Below are positions 29,221 to 39,004 of a DNA stretch of 64,000 nucleotides, in pieces. Numbering within the stretch: the stretch's first letter is position 1; every line of letters starts with the position of its first letter. The position numbers were made by a program, and so were the translations under genes. This DNA comes from a virus: IMG/VR virus record IMGVR_UViG_3300036790_000500, positions 43,054 through 107,053 of that record; one strand, written 5' to 3'. A model generated the notes under the pieces. It was not told the DNA's origin. It searched no databases and saw only the letters and a program-made list of their open reading frames with translations.

Positions 29221-30216
29221 ATTTCGTTTAAAACCTTCAATCTGCAAGACGACTTCAGTCCGCTGAGCACCGCGGTAAACGAGACGATTATCATCACAGG
29301 GTCAATCATCTCGAACATCCTGGACGTCAAGTACTACCAAAACATCGCCTCGGGCTCAGTCGGCGTAGACCAGGGCGGGTACTTCGAGACCGTCTATGAC
29401 AGTGCCCCGAGTTCGTCCCTCTCGACGGCGCTCCTCGACATAACGTACGGCCAGGCGACCGGCTCGAAATACAACGTTCAGGCGACCGTTACGTCGAGCC
29501 TCGTCGAGAAGGTGAAGATTTATCGCCAGTTCGCGGCGGTCCTCCTCGGCAGTCCGGACGCGACCTTCACGATTAACTCGACCACTCGACAGGAGGCCGT
29601 CTTCATCGCCATGAAGCGGAACCTGGCCAAGGACGAACTCAAGAAGGGAACGGTGGCCCTGACGATTAACTCGTCGGCGCCGTCCCAGTACACCGCCTCC
29701 GATGCCGGAGCGGCGGCGACCTTCAAGCAGTCCCTCGGCGGCGACTACGCGCCCCTCAAGTACAACGGCACGGGCTCGGAGGTGGGGCAGGTCTGGTACA
29801 ACGCTGGCATCATCGTCCTGCATCCCGACTCGACCTGGGGGGCCGTCCCGGTCTGGTCGGGGACCGTGACGCTGATTAACGCCCAGTCGTCGGGCTGCAT
29901 CAACAACGTCGTTGACGGCGTCCGCACGCACCTCGAGAACCTGCAACTCAACAACCAAACGAACCTCCAATCGTCGATTTACTTCTGTCGGGCCTTCAAC
30001 AGCGAGTTCAACTACTCGTCGAACCCGACCTTCGTGGACTCGACCGGCCTCATTCTGGTAACCTCAGGCAGCAACATCCTCACGACCCGCACGTACGTCA
30101 CGACCATCGGCCTGTACGATGAGAACGACAACCTGCTCGCGACCGGCAAGGTAAACAAGCCTGTCTTGAAGTCGCCCGAGACTGAAGCGATTTTCCGACT
30201 TCGTTTGGACTACTAG
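29221..30216 (+). CDS. Baseplate/tail-collar-like structural protein (C-half motif), probable ATT start
   Basis: The frame is open from 29209 with AGGAG at 29207-29211 and ATT at 29221 (MSFKTFNLQ...). C-terminal YFCRA..SEFNYSSNPTF...TTIGLYDENDNLLA.GK..KP..K...RLRLDY. Confidence 0.75.
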   Translation: MSFKTFNLQDDFSPLSTAVNETIIITGSIISNILDVKYYQNIASGSVGVDQGGYFETVYDSAPSSSLSTALLDITYGQATGSKYNVQATVTSSLVEKVKIYRQFAAVLLGSPDATFTINSTTRQEAVFIAMKRNLAKDELKKGTVALTINSSAPSQYTASDAGAAATFKQSLGGDYAPLKYNGTGSEVGQVWYNAGIIVLHPDSTWGAVPVWSGTVTLINAQSSGCINNVVDGVRTHLENLQLNNQTNLQSSIYFCRAFNSEFNYSSNPTFVDSTGLILVTSGSNILTTRTYVTTIGLYDENDNLLATGKVNKPVLKSPETEAIFRLRLDY

Positions 30217-30267
30217 TCGTACTCACTTCAAAGCACTTATCCCGTTGCTGTCGAGGTCTCTCCCTAA

Positions 30268-32151
30268 GTGCCAGCGTTTAAGAAGTTCGGACCGGGCGAC
30301 CAACTCGATAGCGTGATGGTCCTTGAGCCGAGTTACGCGCTCGCCTCGGGAACGAACGGCTGGCACGGCTCTCCGGACGGCTCCGGCTCCATATCGCTCT
30401 ACGGCGGGACCCGTCGAAGTTCGACCGGTGTGGTAAAGCGAATCGAGTACCAGTCGCTGAATCCCATCGCGGAACAGGTCGGCAACCCGATTCTGCAGAT
30501 GCCCACAACGGCGTCAATCCAGTTCGTTTACATGACGAGCGACGAGATTGACCTGAACTATCAGGTGACCGCGACCCGGTGGGGCGCCGAGCACTGGGGT
30601 ACCGTCGGCCGGCTCTATCAAGACTACTACCAGATTGACCCGGACTACGTGACCGGGTCGTACGACTACTACTGCCTGTACTTCAATCAGTTCTCACAGA
30701 ACATCGTCAACTTCCCGTCGCCGTACGCCGCGGGGCTGCCGCTGACGGGTTCATTCACGGTTGAGGGCTGGGTTAAGCCGTTCATCACGGCCAGTAACTC
30801 CCAGGACTTCACGATTGCCTCGATGAATCGGGTCTTCTGGTTCGGCATCACCGGCTCGACCGGCCAACTCGTGATGTCGTCCTCCTACGGCGCCCTCACC
30901 TCGTCGTATGGCCCGGCCGCGCGCCGGTGGTCCCACGTCGCCTGCAGTTTCAATGCAACGACCGGCACCGGCTCGTTCCTGATTAACCTCAACGATGCCG
31001 GGCAGTTCAAGCAAACGACGTTCTCCGCCAGCCTCGGTGGCTTTCAGCCGGTCTTTAGCCTCGGTGCGAAGGCCTCGGGTTCGACCGAGGTCGCGTCGAC
31101 CTCGGTCGGACAACTGTATCGGGTCTTCCATGGCTTCATGGGGGAACACCGGCTCTGGTATCAGGCCCGTACGGTGGCGCAACTCTCTGCCTCATGGAAC
31201 GTTCAACTGACCGCGTCCAGTCCTGTCCTCACGGGTTCAGTGATAAGGACCGGCTTCACCGAGGGCCCGCTTGCCACGTTCCCGACGGACACGAACTCGA
31301 ACTCACCGCGAAACGGCTCCGGCACCGTTGACTGGGCCTCCCTTGAGCAACTCTCCGCCAACGCGGCCGCCGGTCGCCTTCCCTGGGGCTACCTGGTCTC
31401 ATTCGATGACCGAATTGCCCCGGTCTGGCAGCCGAACGACAACGTCTCGTTCCGTCCCTATAAGAACCTCAACGGTCCACCGGACTCCAGTCCGAACCTG
31501 GTTCAGGCCCTCTCCCTCACGGGTTCAGGGCTCACGGGCCTGGGATGCGCGCCTGTGCAGCGGATGCTGGTCATCGACGTGCCGCAGGCGTTCTATGGCA
31601 GGCAACTTCAACCGAACAGCGTGTCCGTCACCGATTGGACGTACTCCTCGAGTTCCTACGGGCTGGTGCGGACCCTGGTCGACGACGGCCGCGGCAACCT
31701 CTATCTCTCCGGGTCGGCCTGTTCCTCCTCCCTTGCGAGCAAGGAGGACTACGCCGGTGTGCAGTGGAACAAGGTCGGCAACGTGTTCTACGGCGAAGGT
31801 CTCATCGTCATCAAGGACCAGTCGCTTCTGGACTTCGGCCGGCTTGACGGAGTCTCTAACGACCCCAGCAACGTGTTGCAGGTCGGCTTCATGGGACAGA
31901 CCCGGACTCCGGTGAAGACCCTGATGTGTCGGCTCGACCACGGCGAGTTCAACGCCTCGAATAACCCCACGTTCTATACGACCGGCTCGGCCGGGGAGCG
32001 CATCGCCCGGCATCCGAGCGGCTCCGTCTACGTCTCCACCGTTGGCATCTATAACTCAGACCGTGAGTTGGTCGCCGTCGCGCGCCTGGCCGACCCCGTG
32101 CGCAAGCGGACCCGAGACCGGATAAACATTCGGTTGCGCGTCGATTTCTAG
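30268..32151 (+). CDS. Baseplate/tail structural protein with LamG-like domain and C-half collar motif
   Basis: FTVEGWVKP and WSHVACSF (LamG-like); VGNVFYGEGLIVI; EFNASNNPTF...STVGIYN...LVAVARLADPVRK...RLRVDF. Confidence 0.75.
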   Translation: MPAFKKFGPGDQLDSVMVLEPSYALASGTNGWHGSPDGSGSISLYGGTRRSSTGVVKRIEYQSLNPIAEQVGNPILQMPTTASIQFVYMTSDEIDLNYQVTATRWGAEHWGTVGRLYQDYYQIDPDYVTGSYDYYCLYFNQFSQNIVNFPSPYAAGLPLTGSFTVEGWVKPFITASNSQDFTIASMNRVFWFGITGSTGQLVMSSSYGALTSSYGPAARRWSHVACSFNATTGTGSFLINLNDAGQFKQTTFSASLGGFQPVFSLGAKASGSTEVASTSVGQLYRVFHGFMGEHRLWYQARTVAQLSASWNVQLTASSPVLTGSVIRTGFTEGPLATFPTDTNSNSPRNGSGTVDWASLEQLSANAAAGRLPWGYLVSFDDRIAPVWQPNDNVSFRPYKNLNGPPDSSPNLVQALSLTGSGLTGLGCAPVQRMLVIDVPQAFYGRQLQPNSVSVTDWTYSSSSYGLVRTLVDDGRGNLYLSGSACSSSLASKEDYAGVQWNKVGNVFYGEGLIVIKDQSLLDFGRLDGVSNDPSNVLQVGFMGQTRTPVKTLMCRLDHGEFNASNNPTFYTTGSAGERIARHPSGSVYVSTVGIYNSDRELVAVARLADPVRKRTRDRINIRLRVDF

Positions 32152-32246
32152 GCGTACTCAGGATAGAATTCTAGGCCACGTAAACATCATCCCGTTCATC
32201 AGGATGTCCGTCACCCCGTGCCTACCTTGTGCATGGAGCATATCTC

Positions 32247-32852
32247 ATGCTGATTTGCGGATGGGACATCTCCACGTCAGCCATCGGTGTCTGCGTCTGT
32301 GACCGGGACGGAACGTTCATGGAGCACGACCTCATTCTTCCCAAGGGTGAGACCCACCACGAGAAGCACCGCGACGCGGCCACCAGGGTCCAGCAGTGGT
32401 TGGCGGCCTTCGGCATCAAGGAGTGCGTCCACGTCGTGGAGCAACACCTCGGCGGCTTCTCGGGCGGCTTCTCGTCGGCCCAGACAAAAATGGCCCTGGC
32501 GTCGATGAACGCCGTCATCAGTTACGTCCTCGGCCTCCACTCGAAGGTCATTCACATCCTCCCCGTCACGACAAAGGCCATCATGAGGCTCGTGAAGCAG
32601 GACGGCGAGGACAAGAAGGACGCGGTGGTCCGCATGTTTCGGGCCGCCGTGCCGTCCTTTCCCTATCGGGAGACCAAGGCAGGAAACTGGGTCAAGGGAA
32701 CCGATGACATCGCCGACGCCTGGCTGCTTGCCTCGGCCGGAGGTCGTATAATCCGGGGTGAGGCCTCGCTTCCAAGTGGACGTAAGAAGAAAACTGCAAG
32801 CGATAAGCCGAAGGCTCGGCGAGCCAAGGGTAAACGCGAAGCGGAAGGGTGA
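32247..32852 (+). CDS. RuvC-like Holliday junction resolvase
   Basis: ICGWDISTSAIG, VVEQ, K..V and DDIADAW acidic residues; GGAG at 32235. Confidence 0.8.
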   Translation: MLICGWDISTSAIGVCVCDRDGTFMEHDLILPKGETHHEKHRDAATRVQQWLAAFGIKECVHVVEQHLGGFSGGFSSAQTKMALASMNAVISYVLGLHSKVIHILPVTTKAIMRLVKQDGEDKKDAVVRMFRAAVPSFPYRETKAGNWVKGTDDIADAWLLASAGGRIIRGEASLPSGRKKKTASDKPKARRAKGKREAEG

Positions 32853-33714
32853 GTACGGCTTCCTGTGTCCGGGTCGGCCGGGCTCCGGTGGCTGCCCGTC
32901 TGCGCGTGAGGACAAGGTCAAACTCTTCGTCAATCCGGAGAGCGACCGCTTCAACTGCTGGGTCTGCGGCTTCCATGGCGGTAGCCTGGCGCCGCTCATG
33001 GTTCGTCGCTCCCCGGAGTTGTATGAGTACCTGGGCGAGCGGCCCGACGACCCCAAGGACCGCTTCCGCGTTCCGGAGGCCAAGGAGCGCTGCCAGTCCC
33101 TCCCGTCCGGTTTCACTCCGATTCGTCTGAGAGGGGCGATTGGCGAGGCCCCATACCTCCATTACCTTCGGCGCCGGGGTGTCACCGACGAGGACGTGGT
33201 GCTCTACCGAATGGGTTATGTGCCCTCCGGTCAGGAGGGCGGTCGGGTGGTGGTGCCGACGTTCGATTGCAACGGTGCGGTCTGCTTCTGGTCAGCGCGG
33301 ACGATACATCCGAGCGTTCGACCGAGTTACCGGCTGCCGCATGCCTCGAAGGACGTGGTGAGCAACGAGCACATGGTCGATTGGTCAAAACCTGTCTATC
33401 TGGTCGAGGGAGTCTTCGATGAGGTCGCGATTGGGCCACAGGCCATCGCGCTCTATGGGAAGTTCATGATGCCGCAGTTGGCTCTGCGACTTGTTGAGAA
33501 GAGGCCGCCGATGGTTAACGTGTGCTTGGACGACGACGCTGACCGCGAGGCCTTCAGCCTCATGCAGCGATTGGTTGGGTACGACGTGCCCTGCGCGATG
33601 GTGCGACTGGACTCCAAGGACCCAGCGACGGCTGGGGGCGCGGCGGTTGAGCGCGCGGCGTCTGAGGCCTCCCGGGTGACGGGCTCAATCGGTCTCGTGG
33701 GGATGCGTCTATGA
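32776..33714 (+). CDS. DNA primase-like protein (Zn finger + TOPRIM)
   Basis: CP...C...FNCWVC, YLRRRG, RVVVP, WSART, LVEGVFD, LDDDA and KDP motifs. Start uncertain (32758 or 32776). Confidence 0.8.
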   Translation: MDVRRKLQAISRRLGEPRVNAKRKGEYGFLCPGRPGSGGCPSAREDKVKLFVNPESDRFNCWVCGFHGGSLAPLMVRRSPELYEYLGERPDDPKDRFRVPEAKERCQSLPSGFTPIRLRGAIGEAPYLHYLRRRGVTDEDVVLYRMGYVPSGQEGGRVVVPTFDCNGAVCFWSARTIHPSVRPSYRLPHASKDVVSNEHMVDWSKPVYLVEGVFDEVAIGPQAIALYGKFMMPQLALRLVEKRPPMVNVCLDDDADREAFSLMQRLVGYDVPCAMVRLDSKDPATAGGAAVERAASEASRVTGSIGLVGMRL

Positions 33715-33751
33715 CTTCAGACCGACCCGTTGACGCGAAGGGGTACACTGG

Positions 33752-36700
33752 ATGCGCATAGCCCATGTCTCGGACTTACACTTAAGGAACAGCAAGTATC
33801 GCTCGGAGTACGCAGTGGCCCTACACCGGCTCCAGCGACAACTCGCTGACCTGCAGCCGGACCTCATCGTCAACACCGGTGACACGGTCCACAGCAAACT
33901 CGCGGTCTCCCCGGAACTCTTCGATGACGTTGCGAAGCACATGCAGGAGATGACCCGAGTTGCCCCGTATTGGCTCATCCTCGGAAATCACGACCTAAAC
34001 CTGAAGAACAAGAGCAGGATGGACGCGATATCACCCGTCGTGAACGCGCTCCAGGGTTCGACCGCGAACCAATTGAAACTTCTCGAACCGGGAATGCATC
34101 GGGCCCCGGGAGGCCTCAATCACGGTTTCATCCTTTGGAACTATTGCATCAAGGGTCACGACGCCGCGGCCATCGACCCGCATCCGGACGACATCAACAT
34201 CGGTCTATACCACGGTTCAATCTCCGGCTGCGTGACTGACATCGGCTTCACCATGGAGGACGGAGAGGCCGAGGTCTCCAAGTTTGACGCCATGGACTAC
34301 GTGCTGTTGGGTGACATCCACAAGCGTCAGTCGTTCCGGGGAGGTCGGATGCAGTATCCGGGTTCACTCATTCAGCAGAACTACGGGGAGGAACTCGTGA
34401 AGGGGTTCCTCCTCTGGGACATCAAGTCAAAGACCGAGTTCACGTGTGACTTCCATCCGGTCGAGGCCCCGGGCCGGTTCCATACGATTCAGGTTCCGGC
34501 CTCCCTGGACCTGAGCACCCACGTCGTTCCCGCGGGTTCCCGCCTGCGGGTCCTCGTTGAGGGGGACCTGACCCCCTCGAAGCGGCTTCAACTGGAGCGT
34601 GACGTTCGAGAGCGGTACCAACCCCTTGAGGTCATCGTACCGGACGCCTCCGCCGAGCGAACCCAGGAGCCGACCGACATCGATAGGTTGATTGCCGACC
34701 GTCGCGCCGTCGCGACGGAGTACCTCGAGGAACACGGCTTCACGGACGTGGCCAACGAGGCCCTCAGGCTCTTCACGGAACACGAGCAAAGCATCGAAGA
34801 GGAGGCCAGTGCCCCGGCCTACGGTACGACTTGGAGCCTGAAGCGGGTGGCCTGGGACAACGTGTTGAACTACGGCGAAGGCAACTCGATTGACCTAACG
34901 AACCTCAAGGGGGTCGTCGGCATCTTCGCCCCCAACGCGGCCGGAAAGTCGTCGATATTCGACGTGATACTACAGGCCCTGTTCGATAAGGTGACCAAGG
35001 ACGTCCCCAAGAACATCGACGTCGTGAACGACAACAAGGACCGCGCTACCATGGAGGTCGAGTTCGAGGCCGGCGGCACGCCCTATTCGATTCGTCGTGA
35101 AATCGAACGAATTAGTTTCGGTCAACGAACGATGAGTGAGACCAAGCAGTGGGGCAAGACCACTCTCGACTTCACTTCCGTTGACGACGACCTGAACGGC
35201 ACTTCCAGGCCTGAGACCGAGCGTCACGTTAGGTACCTGATAGGAACGTTCGAGGACTTCTGCCTCACGACGATGGTCAGTCAGAACCCGATATTCGCCC
35301 TGCCCGGAGGCGGTGACGTCGTCAACTGCAAGGAGACCGACCGACGCAAGATACTGTTTCGATTTCTGCAGTTAGATGTCTACGAGCGGGTCCTGAGCCG
35401 CGTGAAAGACGAACTGAAGACCCTGATGGGCCGTCTGAGCGGTCTCGACCCTGTGAAGTTGCAGATGGAGTTGCTGGCTCTAATCGAGGAGAAGAAGGGA
35501 CGCGAGCGGGAGGTCCCCGGGTTCGAGCGAACAATCGCTCGACTTGAGACAGACCTCAAGGAAGCGGCCGCGGCGTTAGAGCGCACCGACATCAAGCACA
35601 CAATCGCTGCGATTAAGGATAAAAAGCGATACGGGGCCGAACTCACGAAGGCCCAGACCCTACTCGCCGAGGCGGAGACCGAACTCCTTGCGAAGCGTCA
35701 CGGGCTTGAGGGCCTGCGCGCTTCGCTGGCGCACCTCGGCGAACGCCCACCTGAGCCTGAAATCACCCTCGCGGACCTGACTGCGGAACTCGAACGGGTG
35801 CGAGAGCGTCGGGAGACGACGAAGCGTCGTCGGTCCCTACGGCTCGCGGAGATGTCCACGGGCCAAGAGGCGCTGCGGACCCTGGATGACATCCCGTGCG
35901 AGGGAAAGTTCCCCAGTTGCCGGTACATCGTCGATGCCACCGAGTTTGAGAAGATTGAATCCGAGGTCCAGGCGGCCATCGAGAACCTAACTGCGGACAT
36001 GGCGGTCGATGAGAATCGAGCGAATGGGCTCACTCAATTGAGGGTCATTCACGAGTTAGTTCAACGCTGGGACAGGGACCATAACCGGATTCAACTGTCG
36101 ATAGTTGAGGCGACGGCCGAACTGACCACCAAGGACTCAGTTCGCGCGACGTTGACCAATGAAGTTCATCGTTTACAGGCACTCCTCAAGGAGGCCGAGG
36201 ACATCCTCAGAGGCTCATCGAATGAGCAAGCGAGCGCGGCCCGTGACCTCCATGTCTCTCTCTCTTCAGAACTCAAGAGCGTGAAGCAGACTCACGCCGA
36301 CGCCTTGAAGAGCATCGGTGGATTGGAGGTCCATCTGATGAAGTTGCAGGGAGACGTTGACTCCCTAGAGGGTCTACGGGAGACCGTAAGGGTCCATGAG
36401 GCGGTGGTTCAACTCTGTGGAAAGAACGGTCTTCCCTACCGCATCCTCGCCATGGTGCTGCCGGTCATCAACGCAGAGATTGCAAAGATATTGACCGGCG
36501 TCGTGGGCTTCAACGTGTTCTTTGAGGACGACCCTGAGGAGCAGACCGTGCGTCTATACCTTCGGTATGGCGATTACAAGAGCCGTCCGTTGTCCCTATG
36601 CGGCGGCGCTGAGCGCTTCATCGCTGCCCTCGCGATTCGAGTGGCCCTTCTCAGCGTCTCATCCATTCCGAAGACTGACATTCTCATTATCGATGAGGGA

Positions 36701-36874
36701 TTCGGGAAACTTGACCCGGAAAACCTCGAGGCTCTACACCGGATGTTTGAATACCTAAGGCAGGCGTTCGGCACTATCTTTGTGGTCTCCCATGTGGATT
36801 TCATGAAGGACATCGTCGACCACTCGATTGAGATTACGAGTCAGGACGGATACGCACACGTGGAGGTCACATGA
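33752..36874 (+). CDS. Fused Mre11/SbcD nuclease - Rad50/SbcC ATPase (gp47-gp46-like)
   Basis: HVSDLH, NTGD, GNHD, YHG and LGDIHK phosphoesterase motifs; then Walker A APNAAGKSS, coiled coil, LCGGAE, Walker B ILIIDEGFGKLD and VSH. Confidence 0.9.
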   Translation: MRIAHVSDLHLRNSKYRSEYAVALHRLQRQLADLQPDLIVNTGDTVHSKLAVSPELFDDVAKHMQEMTRVAPYWLILGNHDLNLKNKSRMDAISPVVNALQGSTANQLKLLEPGMHRAPGGLNHGFILWNYCIKGHDAAAIDPHPDDINIGLYHGSISGCVTDIGFTMEDGEAEVSKFDAMDYVLLGDIHKRQSFRGGRMQYPGSLIQQNYGEELVKGFLLWDIKSKTEFTCDFHPVEAPGRFHTIQVPASLDLSTHVVPAGSRLRVLVEGDLTPSKRLQLERDVRERYQPLEVIVPDASAERTQEPTDIDRLIADRRAVATEYLEEHGFTDVANEALRLFTEHEQSIEEEASAPAYGTTWSLKRVAWDNVLNYGEGNSIDLTNLKGVVGIFAPNAAGKSSIFDVILQALFDKVTKDVPKNIDVVNDNKDRATMEVEFEAGGTPYSIRREIERISFGQRTMSETKQWGKTTLDFTSVDDDLNGTSRPETERHVRYLIGTFEDFCLTTMVSQNPIFALPGGGDVVNCKETDRRKILFRFLQLDVYERVLSRVKDELKTLMGRLSGLDPVKLQMELLALIEEKKGREREVPGFERTIARLETDLKEAAAALERTDIKHTIAAIKDKKRYGAELTKAQTLLAEAETELLAKRHGLEGLRASLAHLGERPPEPEITLADLTAELERVRERRETTKRRRSLRLAEMSTGQEALRTLDDIPCEGKFPSCRYIVDATEFEKIESEVQAAIENLTADMAVDENRANGLTQLRVIHELVQRWDRDHNRIQLSIVEATAELTTKDSVRATLTNEVHRLQALLKEAEDILRGSSNEQASAARDLHVSLSSELKSVKQTHADALKSIGGLEVHLMKLQGDVDSLEGLRETVRVHEAVVQLCGKNGLPYRILAMVLPVINAEIAKILTGVVGFNVFFEDDPEEQTVRLYLRYGDYKSRPLSLCGGAERFIAALAIRVALLSVSSIPKTDILIIDEGFGKLDPENLEALHRMFEYLRQAFGTIFVVSHVDFMKDIVDHSIEITSQDGYAHVEVT

Positions 36875-37155
36875 AACTGTTCATTAAGGATTCAAGCGGG
36901 AACGAGAGCCTGACGGCGACAACCGTCGTGTTCACGATGTTAGTGGTTCTGCTGAAGGTCCTCCTTAACGGAGCGTCCATCACGATTGCGAGCCATTCGT
37001 ATTCCTTCGGAACCATCGATGCGTTGACCATCGGAGCCCTACTCGCTCCGACCCTGGGAGCGTATACCGCGCGTCGCTGGAACTCATCCGACCCGGTGGT
37101 CCCGGTTGCGACTGGCGATTCCGCTGGTTCTAAGCCGAATGACGGTGCCGCGTGA
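36871..37155 (+). CDS. Putative holin (two hydrophobic helices)
   Basis: D..G.ESLTAT.V.F..LVVLLK and IGALLAPTLGAY..RRW; 94 aa. Confidence 0.5.
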   Translation: MKLFIKDSSGNESLTATTVVFTMLVVLLKVLLNGASITIASHSYSFGTIDALTIGALLAPTLGAYTARRWNSSDPVVPVATGDSAGSKPNDGAA

Positions 37156-37997
37156 TTGCTGTCATCGCGAAGGCGTTCTCCAATGTCTGGATTGGGCTCA
37201 AGAGGTACGCGACGCCGCTGCTCGCGCTTGCAGTCGTTCTCGTTCTGTTGTACGGGGGATATAAGTGGGGGGCGCGTTCTGCCAACTCCGAAGTCGCGAC
37301 GCTAACCGAGAAACTCGCTGAGAGCGAGAAGACCGTCGAGTTGAAGCAGGGCCTATACGCCACGACGCTCGTTCAGGCTAATGACCTCCAGTCCCTTTTA
37401 ACGGGTAAGGATGCACAGGTTCAGGCCCTGCAGAAGCAACTGACCGATAGCCAGGCCCAACTCCTCACCACACAACAGTTGGTCGTCCAATGGAAGTCCG
37501 CCTACCAGGGAGCCTTGAAAGCGACTCAGACGAACGGGGGAGCCACTCCGACCCCCGTGGACGGAGCGGTCGAGGTCCCCGTGGCCCTCGGGCGAACTCG
37601 AGTGGACTTCACCGGCGGCCTGGGCCCGATTTCGGCGACTGGCTATACCCTCACGAATCCTCCCGAGGCCTATCTCAGCCTGATTCAAACCCGACCGCTG
37701 AAATTGACCGTTTCAGTGGCCAGGGAGAGGGACGGAACCTGGACCTCGTATGTGACGTCCTCCGAGCCGAACATCGGTGTTAACGTGTCTCTCGGTGGAG
37801 TCGACCCGGGAGTGCTCGCCCCGTCGTGGTACGAGCGTATTTGGGTTGACGGTGGAATTGACTTCCTCGGCGGCAAGCGTGCCTCGTTGGGCCTCTCCTA
37901 TCGCATGGACCGCTGGGCCCTAGGCGCGGGCTGCTCACTCGAGACAGGATGGTCGGCCGGCTGCGGTTTGACGGCGGGGTTCAGGCTGTTCAAGTGA
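37152..37997 (+). CDS. Membrane-anchored coiled-coil protein with C-terminal amphipathic beta-strands (spanin candidate)
   Basis: N-terminal TM helix, Q/L-rich coiled coil and four alternating beta-strands ending GFRLFK. Confidence 0.5.
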   Translation: MIAVIAKAFSNVWIGLKRYATPLLALAVVLVLLYGGYKWGARSANSEVATLTEKLAESEKTVELKQGLYATTLVQANDLQSLLTGKDAQVQALQKQLTDSQAQLLTTQQLVVQWKSAYQGALKATQTNGGATPTPVDGAVEVPVALGRTRVDFTGGLGPISATGYTLTNPPEAYLSLIQTRPLKLTVSVARERDGTWTSYVTSSEPNIGVNVSLGGVDPGVLAPSWYERIWVDGGIDFLGGKRASLGLSYRMDRWALGAGCSLETGWSAGCGLTAGFRLFK

Positions 37998-38308
37998 AGC
38001 AACGTAAGAGCCGAGGGGTGGTCACGCCGGTCACCCTGAATGACCTGTATCGGGAGCGCGGGGAGTTCACCGCCAAACTCATAATCGACCCACGTGAGAG
38101 CGGGAAGATTGACACCGTCGACGTCCACGTTTGGAACTCGGACGGCCGGCCAATGGACTTCACGGCTAAGCGCTGGGGAACCAAACTGACTGTCACTTTC
38201 AAGATTGATGAGAAAACCTCAGACGGCGTCGGCGTCATTGACATGCTGCTTCGAGGGAAACAGTGGGTCGAGTCCCGGGAGCGTCTGTCGTTTTGGATTG
38301 TTACATGA
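37994..38308 (+). CDS. Hypothetical beta-rich protein
   Basis: GTGA overlap at 37994. Confidence 0.6.
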   Translation: MKQRKSRGVVTPVTLNDLYRERGEFTAKLIIDPRESGKIDTVDVHVWNSDGRPMDFTAKRWGTKLTVTFKIDEKTSDGVGVIDMLLRGKQWVESRERLSFWIVT

Positions 38309-38535
38309 CCGAGGAAGAGAAACAGGCGCTTCGGGTGCCGATGTGGTGCCCCGTCTGCGACTACGTCATGAAGAACGGACCGGGCGGAGACAACAAAACC
38401 TATTTCAAATGGGGATGTTGCAGACACTGCCACGTTGAGTTCATTGAGGACCGGGAGTCACGTTGGAAGTCCGGCTGGCGTCCGTCCGCCGAGGACGTGG
38501 CTGGGTTTATCAAGAAGTTGTACGGCCGGGGCTGA
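38305..38535 (+). CDS. Small zinc-finger protein
   Basis: CPVC...CCRHC...RWKSGWRP; ATGA overlap. Confidence 0.7.
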   Translation: MTEEEKQALRVPMWCPVCDYVMKNGPGGDNKTYFKWGCCRHCHVEFIEDRESRWKSGWRPSAEDVAGFIKKLYGRG

Positions 38536-38550
38536 CTGAGGTCGGGTCCC

Positions 38551-38556
38551 TACTTA
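38551..38556 (+). promoter_or_regulatory. Putative late promoter core TACTTA (TAnnTA family)
   Basis: Intergenic; the same TAnnTA pattern occurs at 10031, 16579, 28271, 44437, 52302 and 61335. Confidence 0.45.
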
Positions 38557-38578
38557 TCCCGAACGGGAGAAGAGGACC

Positions 38579-39001
38579 ATGCCGAAGCCAAAGGACGCAG
38601 AGGGATTTGATGTAGCCGGAGAGCGCTATCGCCAACACGAGGACCCCCGGGCGTCCCTCGCCCAGGCAATGGCAGACTACAGCACCTCCGTTCCCAGTCG
38701 AAACTTCACTCATCGAGTGAACGGCAACAGCGTGACGCTGTACTGCCATGCCCACGAGCAGGCTCTGGGTGACCCCGGTAAGCGGGCCCTCTGCTTGGAT
38801 GCTGCTGCCAAGGCCATGGACAACTACGTCAAGGGCCTCAAGAAGCATTACCGCGAGTGCGGTGCGGGCACCCTTGCCATCGATGAGGTGAAGCACTCCC
38901 GGGGACACACGCTCCAAAAAACCGGTCTGAACGACCGTTGGGAGTTGGTCTATCGGCGGACGTATGAGGTTTCGGACCTCGTCGAGGTCCCTGAGGACTG
39001 A
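38579..39001 (+). CDS. Hypothetical protein upstream of terminase
   Basis: Clean ORF with GAGG RBS and an upstream TACTTA motif. Confidence 0.65.
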   Translation: MPKPKDAEGFDVAGERYRQHEDPRASLAQAMADYSTSVPSRNFTHRVNGNSVTLYCHAHEQALGDPGKRALCLDAAAKAMDNYVKGLKKHYRECGAGTLAIDEVKHSRGHTLQKTGLNDRWELVYRRTYEVSDLVEVPED

Positions 39002-39004
39002 TTC

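Noticed and set aside
8817-32151. Bacterial contractile injection system or tailocin
   Set aside because: Terminase, portal, protease and capsid genes are present, so this is a complete phage morphogenesis region.
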